The translations under genes and the position numbers were made by a program. From assembly GCF_004010195.1 (NCBI RefSeq), contig NC_057732.1, positions 41,024,256 through 41,088,255 on the forward strand: a stretch of 64,000 nucleotides of DNA. The letters run 5' to 3'. Positions 60,330 to 64,000 of this stretch are shown here, one piece after another. The stretch's first letter is position 1. Each line of letters starts with the position of its first letter. Origin of the DNA: Chiloscyllium plagiosum. Its lineage: Eukaryota. The notes beneath the pieces were generated by a model that made no database searches, was not told the origin of the DNA, and saw only the letters and a program-made list of their open reading frames with translations.

Positions 60330-61092
60330 AAACCAAAGAGAAAATGCTGAAAAATCTCAGCAGGACTGGCAGCATCTGTTAGGAGAGAAAACAGCTGACG
60401 TTTTGAGTCCAACTGACCCTTTGTCAAAGCTTAAAAAAAGGGAGAAATAGGGAGGTATTTATACTGGGCTGAGAGAAGGGGAGTCATGGCTCCAGAAGCA
60501 AAGGTAGCAATAAAGAGGACAGTGCATGGAGAGATTATAGGGAGAGTAGGAGCTGTGAATGACCAAGGCTGAAGCCAGTGCTATGTGACAAAATATGGGG
60601 GGGAATGGGTGAAGCAGAGGCAAAATAGAAAACGGGGAGAAGGGTAGCAAAGGGGGAAGAGGAGAGGAAAAAGGTGATGAGAGAGTGGGGAGCTCATCTT
60701 CTGACTAGGCACGCAACAGCCTGCCAGTCTCAACTTTGAAGTCAACAACTTCAGATGATTATCCCATCTCGATCCCTCTGTTTTCATTCTGCTCTGTAAT
60801 TTTATTTCATTTATTTTATTTTTTTTTTTCACTTCTGTACCTCTTATTTCTTGATTGTCTCTCTCTCACTCCCACTCTCTCATCACCTTTTTCCTCTCCT
60901 CTTCCCCCTTTGCTACCCTTCACCCCTGTTTTCCATTTTGCCTCTGTTTCACCCATCCCCCATATATTTTGTCACATAGCACTGGCTTCAGCCTTGGTCA
61001 TTCACAGCTCCTACTCTCCCTATAATCTCTCTATGCACTGTCATTATCACATCTTTATTGCTACCTTTGCTTCTGGAGCCATGACTCACCTT
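60330..61092. mobile_element. PLE remnant: GIY-YIG C-terminus plus 3' UTR preceded by an inverted copy of the 3' UTR
   Basis: 60693-60758 translates LIF*LGTQQPASLNFEVNNFR*, a typical PLE ORF end. Inverted arms ~60481-60689 / 60871-61087. Decayed hammerhead on - at ~60393-60430. Confidence 0.7.
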
Positions 61093-61689
61093 CTGAGTGT
61101 AACATTCTTTTCTCATACAGAGAGAAAGCAGGAGCATGGGGTTGAGAAATATATCAGCCATATTGGATGGCCTACTTCTGCTCCTGTATCTTATGGTCTT
61201 ACAATTTAGAAAACAAGCTTAATTATGTTTTAAATCTATTGAGGAGTCAAATAAATACTTTGCATCAGTCTTTACCGTGGAAAATAATATTAGCATTCCA
61301 AAAATACTAAATAATCAAGGGCAAAAGGAGGAGATGAAATAAATACACCAACTATCACTAGAGAAAACATACTAGTAAAAAAGAAAAGTTCCCTGGACCT
61401 AATGGGATGCATCCAAGTACTCATTTAGTATCTCATCCATCTCCAGCAGTTCTACACATAGGCGGCCTTGCTAATCTTCAGGAGGCCCTATTCTCTCCCC
61501 AGTTACTCTTTTGTCCTTAATGTATTTGTAGAAACTCTTTGAATTCTCCTTAACCCTATTTCCCAAAGCTATCTCATGTCCCCTTTTTGCCTCTCATACT
61601 GTATAGTTTGGTTTTCCCAGTTATTGATATTTCCTCCATTCTGCCCTGCCATATTTAGCAGCTGCCTTTGCCATAGTGGGTAGACAAAC

Positions 61690-61868
61690 CTTCCATTATT
61701 CGCTTGAAGCCTGGAATACCAAGGAGTTTATAGTCAGATAGTAATGCCTGAGAGACAACTTCCATGGATGAGTCAGTATCTAGATCTATAGGTTTAATTA
61801 TTTCTGACATTTCTTCGGCCGATGAAAGTGAAGACTCCTGAAAATGTTCTTCAGTTGCTTCAGAGCTG
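61690..61868 (-). CDS. LRGUK: Probable LRGUK penultimate coding exon
   Basis: ctttctcCAGCAG tandem acceptor; open frame SSEATEEHFQESSLSSAEEMSEIIKPIDLDTDSSMEVVSQALLSDYKLLGIPGFKRIME; G|gtttgt phase 1 joins AT of the last exon to give GAT. Confidence 0.62.
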
Positions 61869-62789
61869 CTGGAGAAAGCAATAATATAGAGTTAGAGCCC
61901 AGAATTGTAGGTATTTCAATTTAGCAAGGACAAAAATACTAGTTGGAGCTAAATATTTCTAGGGTTTGGAAACATTTTAGACGAATGGTCCATGCTGAGT
62001 GAAAAGTCCTCAGCATCAATGATAGAAACCATAAGGGCCTTTGGAAGTGTCAGAGTCGACCATTGCCTCATTCCTTGGAAGTAAGTGCTTTAAAAAAAAG
62101 TTAGTCAATGTTAGTCAAGGAACAAGTCAAATCCAAAGAATTACTCAGCATTCCTGCTACCAGGAGATTTGCTGACATGGTATGGAGTAAATTGCCCTTC
62201 TGTTAAAGAACTCTCAAAAATGTCACTTCCATTGTTTTTGACCCATCAGAATACTGTGCAAGCAGTGAAGATGAAAACAACAACCAAACCTAACTCCTAC
62301 CAGTGAGTCAAAATCAGTATGGAGGAAGGCTTTAACCCAATCTGTCTTCAGATAATGACATGCTTGTTATGTTTCTTCAGCATGTTAGCTACCAAAGCTA
62401 CCGAAATTGTGTGCTCTTCCTGTTATGACACATTAAATGAAATTATGAATTAAGAGAAGAAGATGGTTATTTGGCTCTTTGGATCTGCTCCCCCAATCAT
62501 TACGATAGTGATTGATATATTTCAAATCCAACATTCTCATCTACATGGTTTGATTTGCTTGACTAACAAAAATCTAAGTTTTGCTTCAAGATATTTAATG
62601 ATCCTGCCTCAACCAACTGCTGAATAATTTTAAAATAGTGATGACCCTCTAAAGAGGAGATGGGACCTTCATGGTAATCTCAGCTGGTACAGGAATTGAA
62701 CTCACACTGCAAGTTTTACACTGTGTTGCAAATCAGCTGCTCAGACAACTAAACTAACTCCAATTCTAACCAAACCATTCAGCTTTTTT

Positions 62790-63990
62790 TATACTTTAGT
62801 GAAGTCGCTGCTCATTCTTCTAAACACCAATGGAAACAAGCTCAGCTTGTCCAACCTTTCATCAACAGATACCTGCTCATTCCAGGTATCAATCTAGTAA
62901 ATCTCCTTTGAACTGCCTCCAATGCATTTACATCCTTTCTTAAACAAAGAAACTAAAATTATGCACAATATTTAAGATCTGAAATCACCAATCCCGTACA
63001 GAACTGTGGCATAATGCCTTTACTTGTGTTCAATTCAATTTTATAATGAAGGATAGCATTTCATTAGCTTTCTTAATTACTTGCTAAATCTGCATACTAA
63101 CTTTGTGACTCATGCACTAGAATACCTAGTAACTCCCTGAATCTCAGAAGTCTGCAGCCATTCTTCATTTAAGTAATACACTGCTTGTTGATTCTTCCTG
63201 CCAAAGCAAATAATTTCAGTCTCCTACATTATATTCCATCTACCAGATTCTTCCGACATATTCAGCTTATCTATATCTGTCTGCAATTTCATTACATCCT
63301 CTTCATGACATATGTTCCCACCTATTGTTGTGTTACCTGCAAATTTAGCTACGATGCCTTCAAGTTTGTCCATCAAAGACCCACTTTTGCATACTCTGTT
63401 TTCTGCCAATCTTCTATTCATGATGATGTTATTTCCTACAGTCAATGCTCATACTTTGTGTAATAACCTTTTATGTGGCACCTTGACATACTGTATCTGG
63501 AAGGCATTTGCCAATGAGCTTCCTTTTACCATAAAGTATGTTATTCCTACAAAGAACTGATTTCCCTTTACAAGACCACACTGATTCTTCACGACTACTT
63601 TGAGATGTTCTAAGTATCCAACTACAACCTCTTTACTGATCAGTTGTAACATTTTCTTCACGATAGATATCAAGTTAATTGGTCAATAGAAAACAGGAAA
63701 CTATCACCTCATCCCATTTCTTGAAAAAAACGGGGTTTACATGTACTTCTTTCCAGTGAAATTGGAAAATGAACATCCATGTATCTACTACCTCATGAAC
63801 CACCTCTTGTAAGACCATAGGATGAAATCCATCAGGACCCAGGGTCTTTACTGTCTGCAGCTCCATCAGTTTGCTCAGTACTTATTCTTTAATGATTGTA
63901 CTTTAATCAATTTCCTCTTTTCTTTCCATCTCCTGATTTGAAACCAATACTTGAATGTCTTATGTGTTCTCAAAAGTGAAGAGAAAAGTG
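62790..63990 (-). mobile_element. Old CR1 LINE fragments
   Basis: LGPDGFHPMVLQEV, KVPHKRLLHKV, VAKFAGNTTIGGNICHEEDVMKLQTDIDKL. Confidence 0.82.
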
Positions 63991-64000
63991 ACATATTTGT

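Overview
This is eukaryotic genomic DNA from a vertebrate, very likely a cartilaginous fish (shark), inferred from HE1-type SINEs and abundant CR1 and Penelope repeats. Most ORFs in the supplied track are spurious or retroelement debris. Three spliced protein-coding genes can be assembled by hand. (1) A complete 10-exon SLC35B4 nucleotide-sugar transporter gene on + (CDS 24991-52766, 328 aa), whose last intron is a U12 (minor-spliceosome) GT-AG intron. (2) The 5' part of an unidentified SDS22-type leucine-rich-repeat gene on - (5 phase-compatible coding exons, 18277->2322). It lies head-to-head with SLC35B4 across a CpG-rich promoter carrying three ZNF143/THAP11 motifs and an RFX X-box. (3) The last two coding exons of a gene best matching LRGUK on -, tail-to-tail with SLC35B4. 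Introns hold CR1 LINEs, HE1 and Deu-type SINEs, a Rex/Babar LINE, Harbinger remnants and many Penelope-like element (PLE) ends. The most notable non-coding signals are about ten minimal type-I hammerhead ribozyme motifs in about four PLE-associated families, several of them in fold-back palindromes. There is also an unexplained ~1.35 kb CpG-rich non-coding insert with split-direct-repeat termini and a 3x115 bp array. Repeat boundaries are approximate and nothing was checked against databases.
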